From Lachnospiraceae bacterium (GTDB taxonomy: Bacteria > Bacillota > Clostridia > Lachnospirales > Lachnospiraceae): a stretch of 64,000 nt of DNA. The stretch covers positions 7,602-71,601 of the forward strand of contig JBGVIE010000008.1 in NCBI GenBank assembly GCA_045122895.1, given 5' to 3'. Each line of letters starts with the position of its first letter. The stretch's first letter is position 1. The notes under the pieces were generated by a model, which did not search any database, had not been told where the DNA came from, and worked only from the letters and a program-made list of their open reading frames with translations. Shown piece after piece: positions 55,349 through 64,000 of this stretch. A program made the translations under genes and the position numbers.

Positions 55349-55377
55349 ATTATAGCATATATATTTTAAATTTACAA
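55349..55377 (-). promoter_or_regulatory. sigma-A promoter with extended -10 driving the riboswitch-cbiK-btu operon
   Basis: On the minus strand: TTGTAA (complement of 55372-55377, containing the cobQ TAA stop), 17-nt spacer, TGCTATAAT (-10 is the complement of 55349-55354). Confidence 0.5.
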
Positions 55378-56847
55378 CTGTAATATTTTATAAATGTAAT
55401 CAAGGTCAATATTATATCTGACTTCTCTTGCAAGCTTATCATACTGCATCTCTTTGTATAACACTCTGTCTGCCGATTCTGTCTCGAAGCTGTCAAAATC
55501 AAGTCCTCTCTTCTTATAAAGTGCACGAACAATTTTCTCTGATATTTTTCCGTTATCAAAAATCCCATGAACATAGCTTCCATATATGTTATTCACATTA
55601 CATCCATATATGATATTATTCGTATCAACTCCGCCCTCAATATAAGTTTTACCCATATGAATCTCATACCCTTTCACAGTCTCATCTGCCAAATCTGCAA
55701 AAATCCCATCACACTCTCCAAATGTATCGCAAACTCTTGTTCTTCTTTTCTCTTGGCCAAAAATGGTATTCACCGGCAAAAGTGACAATCCTTCGATTTC
55801 TCCACCAGACTCACTGGCAAGAGGATCTGATATTTTTCTTCCTAAAATCTGATACCCGCCACAAATTCCAAACACAGGTACTTTATTATTAACAGCCCTT
55901 TTTATCAGCACTTCAAAACCAGACTCTCTAAGCCACTTTATGTCTTCAATTGTACTCTTAGTCCCCGGAATAATCACAAAATCAGGATTACCAAAATCGC
56001 CTGTGTTACTGACATATCTGAGTGATACATTTTTGTACTGGTTAAACACATCAAAATCTGTATAGTTCGACATCTTTGGAAGCTTTATCACAGCTATATC
56101 AATTATCAACCTTGAGGATTTTTCAAATTTATCAGACAGACTGTCTTCATCCTCCACATCCACATTCACATACGGCACTACACCTGCAACCTTTATATTA
56201 CTCTTCTCCTCAAGAATATCTATCCCATCACGAAACAGATTCCTGTCTCCCCTGAATTTGTTTACAATCAGTCCCTTAATAAGTGCTCTCTCATCTTCTG
56301 AAAGAAGCTCTACAGTACCGATAAGCTGCGCAAATACTCCTCCTCTGTCTATATCGCCCACCAGCAAAACCGGTGCATTAAGAAGCTTTGCAAGCCCCAT
56401 ATTTACAATATCATCTCGTTTAAGATTAAGCTCAGCAGGACTTCCTGCTCCTTCTATCACGATAATGTCATACTCCTTATCAAGCTTTTCATAAGCGCTC
56501 ATTATATCTTTAAGGAATTCCTTCTTGCGGTCAAAATACTCTTTTGCCTTCATATTTCCAACTACTTTTCCGTTCACGATAACCTGTGAACCCACATCAG
56601 TAGTGGGTTTTAAAAGAATAGGATTCATACACACATCCGGCTCAATCCCTGCCGCTTCCGCCTGCATAACCTGAGCTCTCCCCATCTCAAAGCCGTCCTT
56701 TGTGATAAAAGAATTAAGTGCCATATTCTGAGATTTAAATGGTGCCACTCTATATCCATCCTGTTTAAATATTCTACATAACGCTGCCGCAAATAAGCTC
56801 TTTCCAACATTTGACATCGTTCCCTGTATCATTATGCACTTCGCCAC
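55372..56847 (-). CDS. cobQ: cobyric acid synthase (CobQ/CbiP)
   Basis: IMIQGTMSNVGKS N-terminus, CobQ ATPase domain and a C-terminal GATase (GICGGYQILG...H). Confidence 0.93.
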   Translation of the reverse strand: MAKCIMIQGTMSNVGKSLFAAALCRIFKQDGYRVAPFKSQNMALNSFITKDGFEMGRAQVMQAEAAGIEPDVCMNPILLKPTTDVGSQVIVNGKVVGNMKAKEYFDRKKEFLKDIMSAYEKLDKEYDIIVIEGAGSPAELNLKRDDIVNMGLAKLLNAPVLLVGDIDRGGVFAQLIGTVELLSEDERALIKGLIVNKFRGDRNLFRDGIDILEEKSNIKVAGVVPYVNVDVEDEDSLSDKFEKSSRLIIDIAVIKLPKMSNYTDFDVFNQYKNVSLRYVSNTGDFGNPDFVIIPGTKSTIEDIKWLRESGFEVLIKRAVNNKVPVFGICGGYQILGRKISDPLASESGGEIEGLSLLPVNTIFGQEKRRTRVCDTFGECDGIFADLADETVKGYEIHMGKTYIEGGVDTNNIIYGCNVNNIYGSYVHGIFDNGKISEKIVRALYKKRGLDFDSFETESADRVLYKEMQYDKLAREVRYNIDLDYIYKILQL

Positions 56848-56849
56848 TT

Positions 56850-57884
56850 TTATTCCTCCTGTATAATCTTAACCAGTTCTTCGTTCTCTTTATGTGTTCT
56901 CACAGCTATTCTGTAATATCCTCTGCCGCAAAGCCCTTCAATATTGTCTAAATCCCTTATCATAATGCCATTATTATACAGCTTTTCCACCTGATTTTTG
57001 TCAAATTTTATCATCAAAAAATTAGCAGCACTATCTATTACTCTTATATCTTTTTCTCTAAGTGATGATATTAAATATTTTCGTTCATCCTCAACATATT
57101 CCACTGTTTTTAGAAGATAATCTTTTTCTTTTAGCGCCGCAACACCTGCTAACTGGGCCGGTACAGATACACTCCACTCCGGTCCGAATACAGACATTTT
57201 TCTAATTAGCTCTCTGTTACTACTTATCCCATATCCAAGTCTGAGTCCCGGCATCGCAAAAGCTTTCGTAAATGCATTTACCACTAACAATTTTTCGTAC
57301 TCTAAATATCTGAGAGCAGTTACATGACTATTATCCTTCACAAAGTCAATAAAGCACTCATCTATCACAAGAAAAATATCACTCTCCTGTGCTTTTTTTA
57401 TAATTTTATCAAGCAAATCTTTTTCTATCATGTCGCCAGACGGATTATTGGGCTGACAGAGAATAGCCATATCAATATCAGGAGTCAGATAGTCTATGTA
57501 ATCTTCTCTTAATCTAAAATCATACTCCTCACTTCGGTTGTATTTAACTATGTGTGCCAAAGCTTCGCTAAGTGCCTTCTCATATTCGCTAAAGCAAGGA
57601 ATAGCAAGTAATGCCCTTTGGGGTTTTACCACACTGCAAATCTTATAGATAATCTCAATCGCACCATTGCCACACAAGACACATTCTTCATCCACTTTTC
57701 TAAATGCAGCAATCTCTTTTTTTAATTCTCTATAATCAACATCCGGGTAATGCTCACAGAGAGGAATATTATCAACAATTGTTTGCTTTACCTTAAGAGG
57801 CATACCAAGCGGATTAATATTTGCCGAAAAATCATACTTTATTAAATTGTCATATATATTTCCACCATGTGTATATTTATCCAT
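56850..57884 (-). CDS. cobD: L-threonine-O-3-phosphate decarboxylase (CobD, aminotransferase class I/II fold)
   Basis: HGGNIY N-terminal motif, QPNNPSG, and FTKAFAMPGLRLGY containing the PLP-binding Lys. Lies within the cob cluster. Confidence 0.88.
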   Translation of the reverse strand: MDKYTHGGNIYDNLIKYDFSANINPLGMPLKVKQTIVDNIPLCEHYPDVDYRELKKEIAAFRKVDEECVLCGNGAIEIIYKICSVVKPQRALLAIPCFSEYEKALSEALAHIVKYNRSEEYDFRLREDYIDYLTPDIDMAILCQPNNPSGDMIEKDLLDKIIKKAQESDIFLVIDECFIDFVKDNSHVTALRYLEYEKLLVVNAFTKAFAMPGLRLGYGISSNRELIRKMSVFGPEWSVSVPAQLAGVAALKEKDYLLKTVEYVEDERKYLISSLREKDIRVIDSAANFLMIKFDKNQVEKLYNNGIMIRDLDNIEGLCGRGYYRIAVRTHKENEELVKIIQEE

Positions 57885-58830
57885 ATATTCCTCTAATCAT
57901 AAACCTTATTGCAACACATATAACAAGCACCATAACAGAGGTCACATACATAATGTTATTTACTCTTTTTATGTCACGTGCTTCTATCTCTCTTTTATTG
58001 TCACCAATCGTATCCTTCTTAACAAGCTTCCCAAAATAATATGCATCTCCTGCAAGCTCTAACCCCAGTGCTCCTGCACAAACCGCCTCTGTCTGTGCAG
58101 AATTGGGACTCTTATGTTTTCGTCTGTCTCTTCTCCATATTCTGAATGCAGATTTAAAATCATAGCCAAGTATACCTGACGCTGCTATCATAAATAGTGC
58201 TGTAACTCTTGATGGAATATAATTCAAAACATCATCAAGCTTTGCTGCAAAACGTCCAAAATACATATATTTGTCATTCTTATATCCAATCATGGAATCC
58301 ATAGTATTGACTGCCTTATACAAAAAACCTAGACCTGCTCCACCAATGACAATGTACATAATCGGTGCAGTAACTCCATCTGATGTATTCTCTGCAACAG
58401 TTTCAACTGCTGCCTTTGCTATTCCTTTTTCATCAAGGCTTTCTGTGTCCCGTCCAACTATCATGGACACTGCATATCTTGCTCCCTTTGTATTGCCCTT
58501 TTCAAGCTCTTTACATACCTTCATACTCTCTTTTTTAAGACTTTTAGGTGCTATGAGATAATAACACATCACACCTTCCACAAAAATCCCAATTATTTTG
58601 TTAACCTTGTAGGTAAAAAAAAGAATTATAAGTGGCAGAGACACAGTCACTACAATCACAATAATAGCAAGTATCATTCCCTTTATGAATTTTTTCTTAT
58701 CACTGTCCTCTTCTCTATACATAAGTCTGTCAAGTCCTGATATCAGATTACCTATCCATCTGACAGGATGTGGCAGATTATAGGGATCCCCAAGTATAAA
58801 ATCGATGACAAATCCAATAAGTATTTCCAT
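57877..58830 (-). CDS. cbiB: adenosylcobinamide-phosphate synthase (CbiB)
   Basis: LGDPYNLPHPVRWIG...SPNSAQTEAV...G are CbiB/CobD membrane-protein motifs. Confidence 0.9.
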   Translation of the reverse strand: MEILIGFVIDFILGDPYNLPHPVRWIGNLISGLDRLMYREEDSDKKKFIKGMILAIIVIVVTVSLPLIILFFTYKVNKIIGIFVEGVMCYYLIAPKSLKKESMKVCKELEKGNTKGARYAVSMIVGRDTESLDEKGIAKAAVETVAENTSDGVTAPIMYIVIGGAGLGFLYKAVNTMDSMIGYKNDKYMYFGRFAAKLDDVLNYIPSRVTALFMIAASGILGYDFKSAFRIWRRDRRKHKSPNSAQTEAVCAGALGLELAGDAYYFGKLVKKDTIGDNKREIEARDIKRVNNIMYVTSVMVLVICVAIRFMIRGIYG

Positions 58831-59414
58831 TATTTCTTTAGTTCCTTTTTTACAGTTATTATTCCATTATTATATTCTGTCAGATATCCCTCACCATTTG
58901 ATACCTGATAATCAAAGTAGTTCTTTTTATCCTTATCAAAGGCTTCCATAATAGCCATTATACTGCCGCCATGCACCACAAATGCCAGACATTTACAGCT
59001 ATTATACTTATTCACAATCTCCAAAAAAGCATTTTTGCATCTGTGTTTAAACTCTTCTACACTCTCACCATTTGGAAAAGGAAGTGTACCAATACTGTCA
59101 ATCCATCTCTGATAATCTTCATTGCCATTAAGCATAGCATAATTCTTTCCCTCAAAATCACCAAAGTCACATTCCTTAAGTTCTTCCACTTCTACAATTT
59201 CAACATCATGAAACAAAAGCTTTGCACTCTGTACGCATCTTACCATTGAGCTTACTATTACTTTGTCAGGCTCTATATCATCATACATTCCACCGATGAT
59301 ATTCATATTCATTTCCCTAATACCTTCCTCACATAAGCTCTCATCAGTTCTTCCTACGTATTTTTTTGTAAGATTTCCCTCTGTCTTTCCATGTCTTATA
59401 AATGCAATTTCCAT
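58830..59414 (-). CDS. cobC: alpha-ribazole phosphatase (histidine phosphatase family, CobC)
   Basis: FIRHGKTEGN RHG motif and a C-terminal VVHGG. Lies within the cob cluster. Confidence 0.8.
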   Translation of the reverse strand: MEIAFIRHGKTEGNLTKKYVGRTDESLCEEGIREMNMNIIGGMYDDIEPDKVIVSSMVRCVQSAKLLFHDVEIVEVEELKECDFGDFEGKNYAMLNGNEDYQRWIDSIGTLPFPNGESVEEFKHRCKNAFLEIVNKYNSCKCLAFVVHGGSIMAIMEAFDKDKKNYFDYQVSNGEGYLTEYNNGIITVKKELKK

Positions 59415-59418
59415 TTTT

Positions 59419-59763
59419 TTATTTTCCTTTAATCTCCTGTGCCAAACCGCAAACTACCCTGTAGACATAATCTGCCTTATCAGCCACAAGACATGAGAAG
59501 CTTCCCACATACTCTCTATACATTCTCTCTTCCCTGTCAATCGGAACTATTCCGCTCCCAACCTGATTAATTATTATGCACCAGCCCTCTTTTTCACAGG
59601 TAAGCTTAAAAAACAAGTCCTCAATCGAAAGTCGGGTTCTCATGGCATCAATAAGCATATCTCTGTCTGGAAATATTATGTGTTCATCTGAATAATTTAA
59701 TACTTCCTTTGCGTATTTTGTTTTTCCTTCGAAGGCACCGCCCACTATCAATGTATTTCTCAT
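59419..59763 (-). CDS. short CobU-like protein (P-loop plus C-terminal CobU segment, middle region missing)
   Basis: About 114 aa starting at MRNTLIVGGAFEGKT (Walker A retained). The C-terminus INQVGSGIVPIDREERMYREYVGSF...YRVVCGL matches the CobU C-terminal block. The segment carrying the guanylylated His region is absent. Confidence 0.6.
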   Translation of the reverse strand: MRNTLIVGGAFEGKTKYAKEVLNYSDEHIIFPDRDMLIDAMRTRLSIEDLFFKLTCEKEGWCIIINQVGSGIVPIDREERMYREYVGSFSCLVADKADYVYRVVCGLAQEIKGK

Positions 59764-59794
59764 TTTGCTCCTCATTTCTGAGCGGCGCGATTTT

Positions 59795-60559
59795 TCACAC
59801 TGCTCCTGTTATTAGCACTGTCAACACACAAAACAATTCACATAGCTGTAAAAAATATCCTGCAACATCTCCTGTTATCCCACCGAATGTCCTGTACGCA
59901 AAAATTCTGTAATACACAAAAGTCAATAGAGCCACCACTGTTACTCCTGCTCCAATATATGGATTAATGCACATCATTGCAGCCGTACAGACAATCACAT
60001 AGAGTATTTCAGTCACAATGGTAACTGCTTTATGTGCCGGCTTTGTAAAACTTGTAAGGCTTCCCATTCCGGTGGCACTTTTAAAGGTTACAGCTCCAAG
60101 TCCGCTTAGTGCCCTGGATATTACAAAAATAAATCCGGAACACATTACCGCTTCCTCATCTCCAAGCTGCGTAAACGCTGCAAAAAACAAAATCATATAC
60201 AGACATATATGAATAACAGCAAATGCACCAACTCTTGAATCCTTCATCACTGAAAGCTTTTTCTCTTTATCACCAAGACAAGCCTTTGCATCATTCACAT
60301 CCATAAAGCCATCTATATGAATTCCACCTGTTACAATAATTGGAATGCATAATGCTACTGCTCCAAAAAAATTACCGGATAATCCTAAATAATCACATCC
60401 AAGAAAAGCCAAATATATCAGTGCTCCTATTACCACCCCTATAAGTGGAAAAAAACAAAGTGCATATCTTTTATTCTCTTCCTTCCATTCTACTACCGGC
60501 ATCGGAATTCTTGAATACATCAAAAATGCTGATGCAAAAGATTTTAAAACAGTCATCAT
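59795..60559 (-). CDS. cobS: adenosylcobinamide-GDP ribazoletransferase (cobalamin synthase CobS)
   Basis: Polytopic 254-aa protein. FLMYSRIPMP, GGIHIDGFMD and GGITGDVAG are CobS motifs. Confidence 0.9.
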   Translation of the reverse strand: MMTVLKSFASAFLMYSRIPMPVVEWKEENKRYALCFFPLIGVVIGALIYLAFLGCDYLGLSGNFFGAVALCIPIIVTGGIHIDGFMDVNDAKACLGDKEKKLSVMKDSRVGAFAVIHICLYMILFFAAFTQLGDEEAVMCSGFIFVISRALSGLGAVTFKSATGMGSLTSFTKPAHKAVTIVTEILYVIVCTAAMMCINPYIGAGVTVVALLTFVYYRIFAYRTFGGITGDVAGYFLQLCELFCVLTVLITGAV

Positions 60560-60564
60560 CTCAC

Positions 60565-61083
60565 CTACTTTAATCTATATGGTATTCCACAAACTGCCTC
60601 TATAACTTCGTCTGCTTTTTCAGAAAGCATAGCATTTAGCCTGCAGATGTTTTCAATATACCGCTCTGTCTCATATGGATACTTAACACCATCCTCTGAT
60701 ACTATGTTAGATACTATCACAAGATTATCACATTTTGAATAAAGCTTCATAATATCATTATATATTTTTTCACTTACATTCTCGAGGAAGCCATCAGAAA
60801 ACATTTCGTTAGCTACAAGATTACCCATACATTCCAGTAGCACTACATTATTTTCGGAACTATCCATATTCACTTCGCCAATGTTTCTATATTTTTCAAT
60901 TGTTGTAAATCCTTTATTTTTTCGCATCTGTCTGTGTCTTTGTATAGCTTTATCAGCTTCTTCTGTATAAGGTTCCATAGTGGCAAGATAATATCTTTTT
61001 ACATCACCTTCAATGCCTGCTATTTTATCCTCTGCAATCTTTGACTTACCAGACTTGCTTGCTCCCAAAACCAATACTAACAC
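60565..61083 (-). CDS. cobU: bifunctional adenosylcobinamide kinase / adenosylcobinamide-phosphate guanylyltransferase
   Basis: P-loop LGASKSGKS, YLATMEP...IQRHRQMR (His region), and a C-terminal VSN...G block. Confidence 0.88.
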   Translation of the reverse strand: MLVLVLGASKSGKSKIAEDKIAGIEGDVKRYYLATMEPYTEEADKAIQRHRQMRKNKGFTTIEKYRNIGEVNMDSSENNVVLLECMGNLVANEMFSDGFLENVSEKIYNDIMKLYSKCDNLVIVSNIVSEDGVKYPYETERYIENICRLNAMLSEKADEVIEAVCGIPYRLK

Positions 61084-62126
61084 TATATTAATTCCTCATA
61101 TGCTTCTATTTCAAGGTTATCAAATTTATGTGTGGATTTATAAAGTGAAAGTGCTGCATCAAGCATTGGAAAAATCATAACGGCACCAGTACCCTCACCA
61201 AGACACATATCTGCATTTATTACAGGCTCAAGTCCTATAAATTCAAGCATCCACTTACCTGCCGGCTCCTTTGAGACATGTGATGGAAGCATATAATCTA
61301 CAGAATTATTATCCATAAGCTTTGCAATTGCTGCTGCAACTGCTGATATAAATCCGTCAATCACTACAGGTACTTTATAGATTGCACCTCCTAAAAACAA
61401 TCCAACCATTCCTGCAATATCAAATCCTCCAACCTTTGAAAGAAGATTCAGGGCAAAATCATAATCATTCATATTCCCTCTGTCACATACGTTGTTCTTC
61501 TCTAGTGCCAGCTTTATAACTTCTATTTTTCTGTTCAAGCCATCCGAGGTAAGACCTGCTCCTTTACCTGTAACCTCCTCCACAGTTTTATTCAAAAGAA
61601 CCGCTGCTATAGCTGATGATGTAGTGGTATTGCCTATCCCCATCTCCCCTGTTGCAATGATTTTGTAACCTTTTTCAGTCACAGTTTTAACCATATCAAT
61701 ACCCACATTAATTGCCGCAAGACATTCCTCCCTGGTCATGGCAGGCCCCTTTGCGATATTGTAAGTCCCTCTTCTTATATGCCTGTCTATCACACCACTA
61801 TCCTGTGCCTCCTGCTTCATTCCTATATCAACGGGAAACACATCTGCACCAAAAAGACCGCCTATTGTATTAATATTTCCGTCATTTTTTGCCATAGCAT
61901 TTGCAACAATTGTAGTGACGACAGACTCTGACTGGGTAACACCCATCTCAACAACACCATTGTCTGCACACATTACCACAACACATTTTTTATCCAGGGA
62001 AAAATCACTGTCTGATGTGATTCCTGCAATCTGAATCACCATATCCTCTAATCTTCCAAGACTATGTAATGGCTTTGCAACCATATTCCATCTCTGCCTT
62101 GCCTCATTCATCTTTTCTATATTCAT
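61083..62126 (-). CDS. cobT: nicotinate-nucleotide--dimethylbenzimidazole phosphoribosyltransferase
   Basis: KPLHSLGRLE, MCADNGV, GEMGIGNTT and LGEGTGA are CobT motifs. Confidence 0.93.
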   Translation of the reverse strand: MNIEKMNEARQRWNMVAKPLHSLGRLEDMVIQIAGITSDSDFSLDKKCVVVMCADNGVVEMGVTQSESVVTTIVANAMAKNDGNINTIGGLFGADVFPVDIGMKQEAQDSGVIDRHIRRGTYNIAKGPAMTREECLAAINVGIDMVKTVTEKGYKIIATGEMGIGNTTTSSAIAAVLLNKTVEEVTGKGAGLTSDGLNRKIEVIKLALEKNNVCDRGNMNDYDFALNLLSKVGGFDIAGMVGLFLGGAIYKVPVVIDGFISAVAAAIAKLMDNNSVDYMLPSHVSKEPAGKWMLEFIGLEPVINADMCLGEGTGAVMIFPMLDAALSLYKSTHKFDNLEIEAYEELI

Positions 62127-63461
62127 TTACTCTGCCTCTCGCTTTTTCTTATATTCACTGCATTTTTTTATAAAATTATCTGCCGCCTCTCTATTTCCGT
62201 AGAAATATATGTGTGGAAATCCTGCATACATATTTTCATTAAGATGCACCGACTTGTAATTAGTCTGATTGCTAAGCTTAGTTATATCCATATCACTTCC
62301 GTTATTATCACTGTCAAAATAGTGAAATTCATGGGCGCTTACACAAATATTACTGTCTCCAAACAAACTGTCCTTATCTGATTTCATATTCACATATCCA
62401 AACCTTACAAGACGCTCTTTTTTTGTAACTGTTCCATTAATCACACCCGCCATCTTATACTCATCATCAGTTTTAATGCAGTCGTGAAGATACATAAACC
62501 CACCACACTCTGCAATTATTGGAACTTTATTCACACACTCCCTGACACTTTTTAACATGTCAATATTAGAAGATAATTCAGAAAGATACAGTTCAGGATA
62601 ACCTCCCGGAATAATAATTCCATCTATTTCATCCGGCACTTTTTTGTCTCTAAGTGGTGAAAAATAGCAAACCTCACAGCCGGCTTTTTCAAGATACGAT
62701 ACATTATCATTGTATATAAAACAGAATGCTTCATCTTTTGCAATTGCAATCCTCGGCTTGTTATCTACTACTTTGTCGTATGCTACAGCTATCTCTATAT
62801 TTGCCACGTCTGCCAGATTAACTATATCATCTAACATAAGGTTCTCTTCAACTGCTTTTGAAAGAAGATCTACTTTTTCCTTAAGACCTGCAACCTCATC
62901 TGCTGTTACAAGTCCAAGATGCCTTGATTCTAAGCTGTATTCCCTGTTAAACGGGAGGCGACCAAGATACTTAAGCCCCATCTCCCTGCAAATATCCATC
63001 GCCATACCTGTAAGACCCTCAGGCAGCCTGTTAAATACAACGCCCTTTATGTTATTCTCTTTGTAGTTAACAAAACCACTGATTACCGCACCCATAGATT
63101 CGCTCATTCCCTTGCAGTCCAATACAAGAATCACAGGTGTATCCGTTATTCTGCTTACCTCTGCTGATGAACCCTTTCCCAGCACTCCGTCATAGAAGCC
63201 CATAACACCTTCTATAACAGAAAAATCTTTTGAATAATCCCTCAGCAGATGACATATTGTAGCTTCATCACAAAAGATACTATCAAGATTTCTGCCACTT
63301 GCACCAAGTATTTTTCCATGAAACATAGGATCAATATAATCCGGACCACACTTAAAAGAGGATACCTCATACCCTCTTTTCATCAAGGCACTGATAAGCC
63401 CTATTGTAAGCGTCGTCTTTCCCGAACCGCTGTTTGTTCCTGCAATCATTATTCTTTTCAT
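62127..63461 (-). CDS. cbiA: cobyrinate a,c-diamide synthase
   Basis: IMIAGTNSGSGKTT, FKCGPDYIDP, and a C-terminal GATase with ECGGFMYL. Confidence 0.93.
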   Translation of the reverse strand: MKRIMIAGTNSGSGKTTLTIGLISALMKRGYEVSSFKCGPDYIDPMFHGKILGASGRNLDSIFCDEATICHLLRDYSKDFSVIEGVMGFYDGVLGKGSSAEVSRITDTPVILVLDCKGMSESMGAVISGFVNYKENNIKGVVFNRLPEGLTGMAMDICREMGLKYLGRLPFNREYSLESRHLGLVTADEVAGLKEKVDLLSKAVEENLMLDDIVNLADVANIEIAVAYDKVVDNKPRIAIAKDEAFCFIYNDNVSYLEKAGCEVCYFSPLRDKKVPDEIDGIIIPGGYPELYLSELSSNIDMLKSVRECVNKVPIIAECGGFMYLHDCIKTDDEYKMAGVINGTVTKKERLVRFGYVNMKSDKDSLFGDSNICVSAHEFHYFDSDNNGSDMDITKLSNQTNYKSVHLNENMYAGFPHIYFYGNREAADNFIKKCSEYKKKREAE

Positions 63462-64000
63462 TATCTGTCTCCAATTATAAAAATAGGATTTTCACCATTT
63501 AGAAGCGTATGACTTCCTATTTTTCTCGTGGTGGCAACTGATATCTCTGTAACAAAATATTCTCTGTCATATTTTTTAAACTCACTGATAGCTGCCGACA
63601 AAGTCTCAAGTGATATTGCTGTTACTACCACTCTGCAATTATTATTTTTGCTGACAACATATTCAAATACTTTATCAAGACTTCCGCTGCTTCCTCCTAC
63701 AAACACCACATCAGGTGAAGGCATATCAAAAAGGCCGGCTTTTATATCTTTGTGAACCACAATGATGTTGTCACAGGAGAATTTTTTTGCATTCTCACGG
63801 GTGAGGTGTATGGCATCGCTATTCTTATCAATCCCATACACCTTACCTTTTACCGCCTGTTTTGCCATCTCCACAGACACCGAACCTGTACCACATCCTA
63901 TGTCAACGCAGACGCTGCCACTTTCAACCCTAAGCTTTGACATAACTACCGCCCTTACACAAGACTTAGTCATTGGAACTTCACTTCTTACAAATTCCTC
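63461..64000 (-). CDS. cbiT: precorrin-6Y C5,15-methyltransferase (decarboxylating) CbiT domain, 5' end outside the window or fused to CbiE
   Basis: PMTKSCVRAVVMSKL...VDIGCGTGSVSVE is the SAM-methyltransferase CbiT signature. The reading frame stays open upstream of the track's Met to the window edge (EEFVRSEVPMTK). Confidence 0.85.
   Translation of the reverse strand, partial: EEFVRSEVPMTKSCVRAVVMSKLRVESGSVCVDIGCGTGSVSVEMAKQAVKGKVYGIDKNSDAIHLTRENAKKFSCDNIIVVHKDIKAGLFDMPSPDVVFVGGSSGSLDKVFEYVVSKNNNCRVVVTAISLETLSAAISEFKKYDREYFVTEISVATTRKIGSHTLLNGENPIFIIGDR

Overview
This 64 kb window is a low-GC Firmicutes chromosomal segment. Gene content (spoIIA and spoVA operons, AddAB, anaerobic cbi/cob genes) and the multi-hairpin intergenic repeats fit Clostridia, probably Lachnospiraceae. 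All family calls come from motif recognition by eye; no searches were run.

I support about 58 protein genes, most on the minus strand:
- addB-addA-ldcA
- nadE
- a CwlC-like amidase
- lgt
- a lysine-riboswitch-controlled dapA-dapB-lipoprotein operon
- typA, yigZ and a class A PBP
- a split and reordered spoVA gene set (spoVAD-spoVAE, then pepP on the opposite strand, then spoVAC-spoVAB-spoVAA)
- a methyl-accepting chemotaxis protein (MCP)
- hemolysin-III
- a transglutaminase-like exoprotein plus an EamA transporter
- spoIIAA-spoIIAB-sigF
- folC, valS and rarA
- a cobalamin block (cbiT', cbiA, cobT, cobU, cobS, a short cobU-like gene, cobC, cbiB, cobD, cobQ)
- a separately promoted, B12-riboswitch-controlled operon encoding an exported CbiK chelatase lipoprotein, a tandem-domain lipoprotein and a BtuFCD-type importer

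I found no rRNA, tRNA, CRISPR array, integrase or intact transposase. The only mobile-element trace is a frameshifted Rpn/YhgA-like nuclease pseudogene.

The best candidate for an undescribed system is the tightly coupled four-gene operon at 41718-48591. It encodes a 1186-aa beta-sandwich/helical-repeat protein, a catalytically degenerate Hsp70/actin-fold protein, a TPR-like protein and a coiled-coil/2-TM/coiled-coil membrane protein. I can assign none of them to a characterised family.

Other items worth follow-up:
- The surface CbiK plus tandem-domain lipoprotein module under B12 control.
- A ~138-bp four-hairpin repeat present twice, in the same sense relative to the upstream gene, with compensatory stem changes.
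- Two further nested-hairpin intergenic elements.
- A tandem OB-fold SSB-like protein.
- A truncated CobU paralogue.
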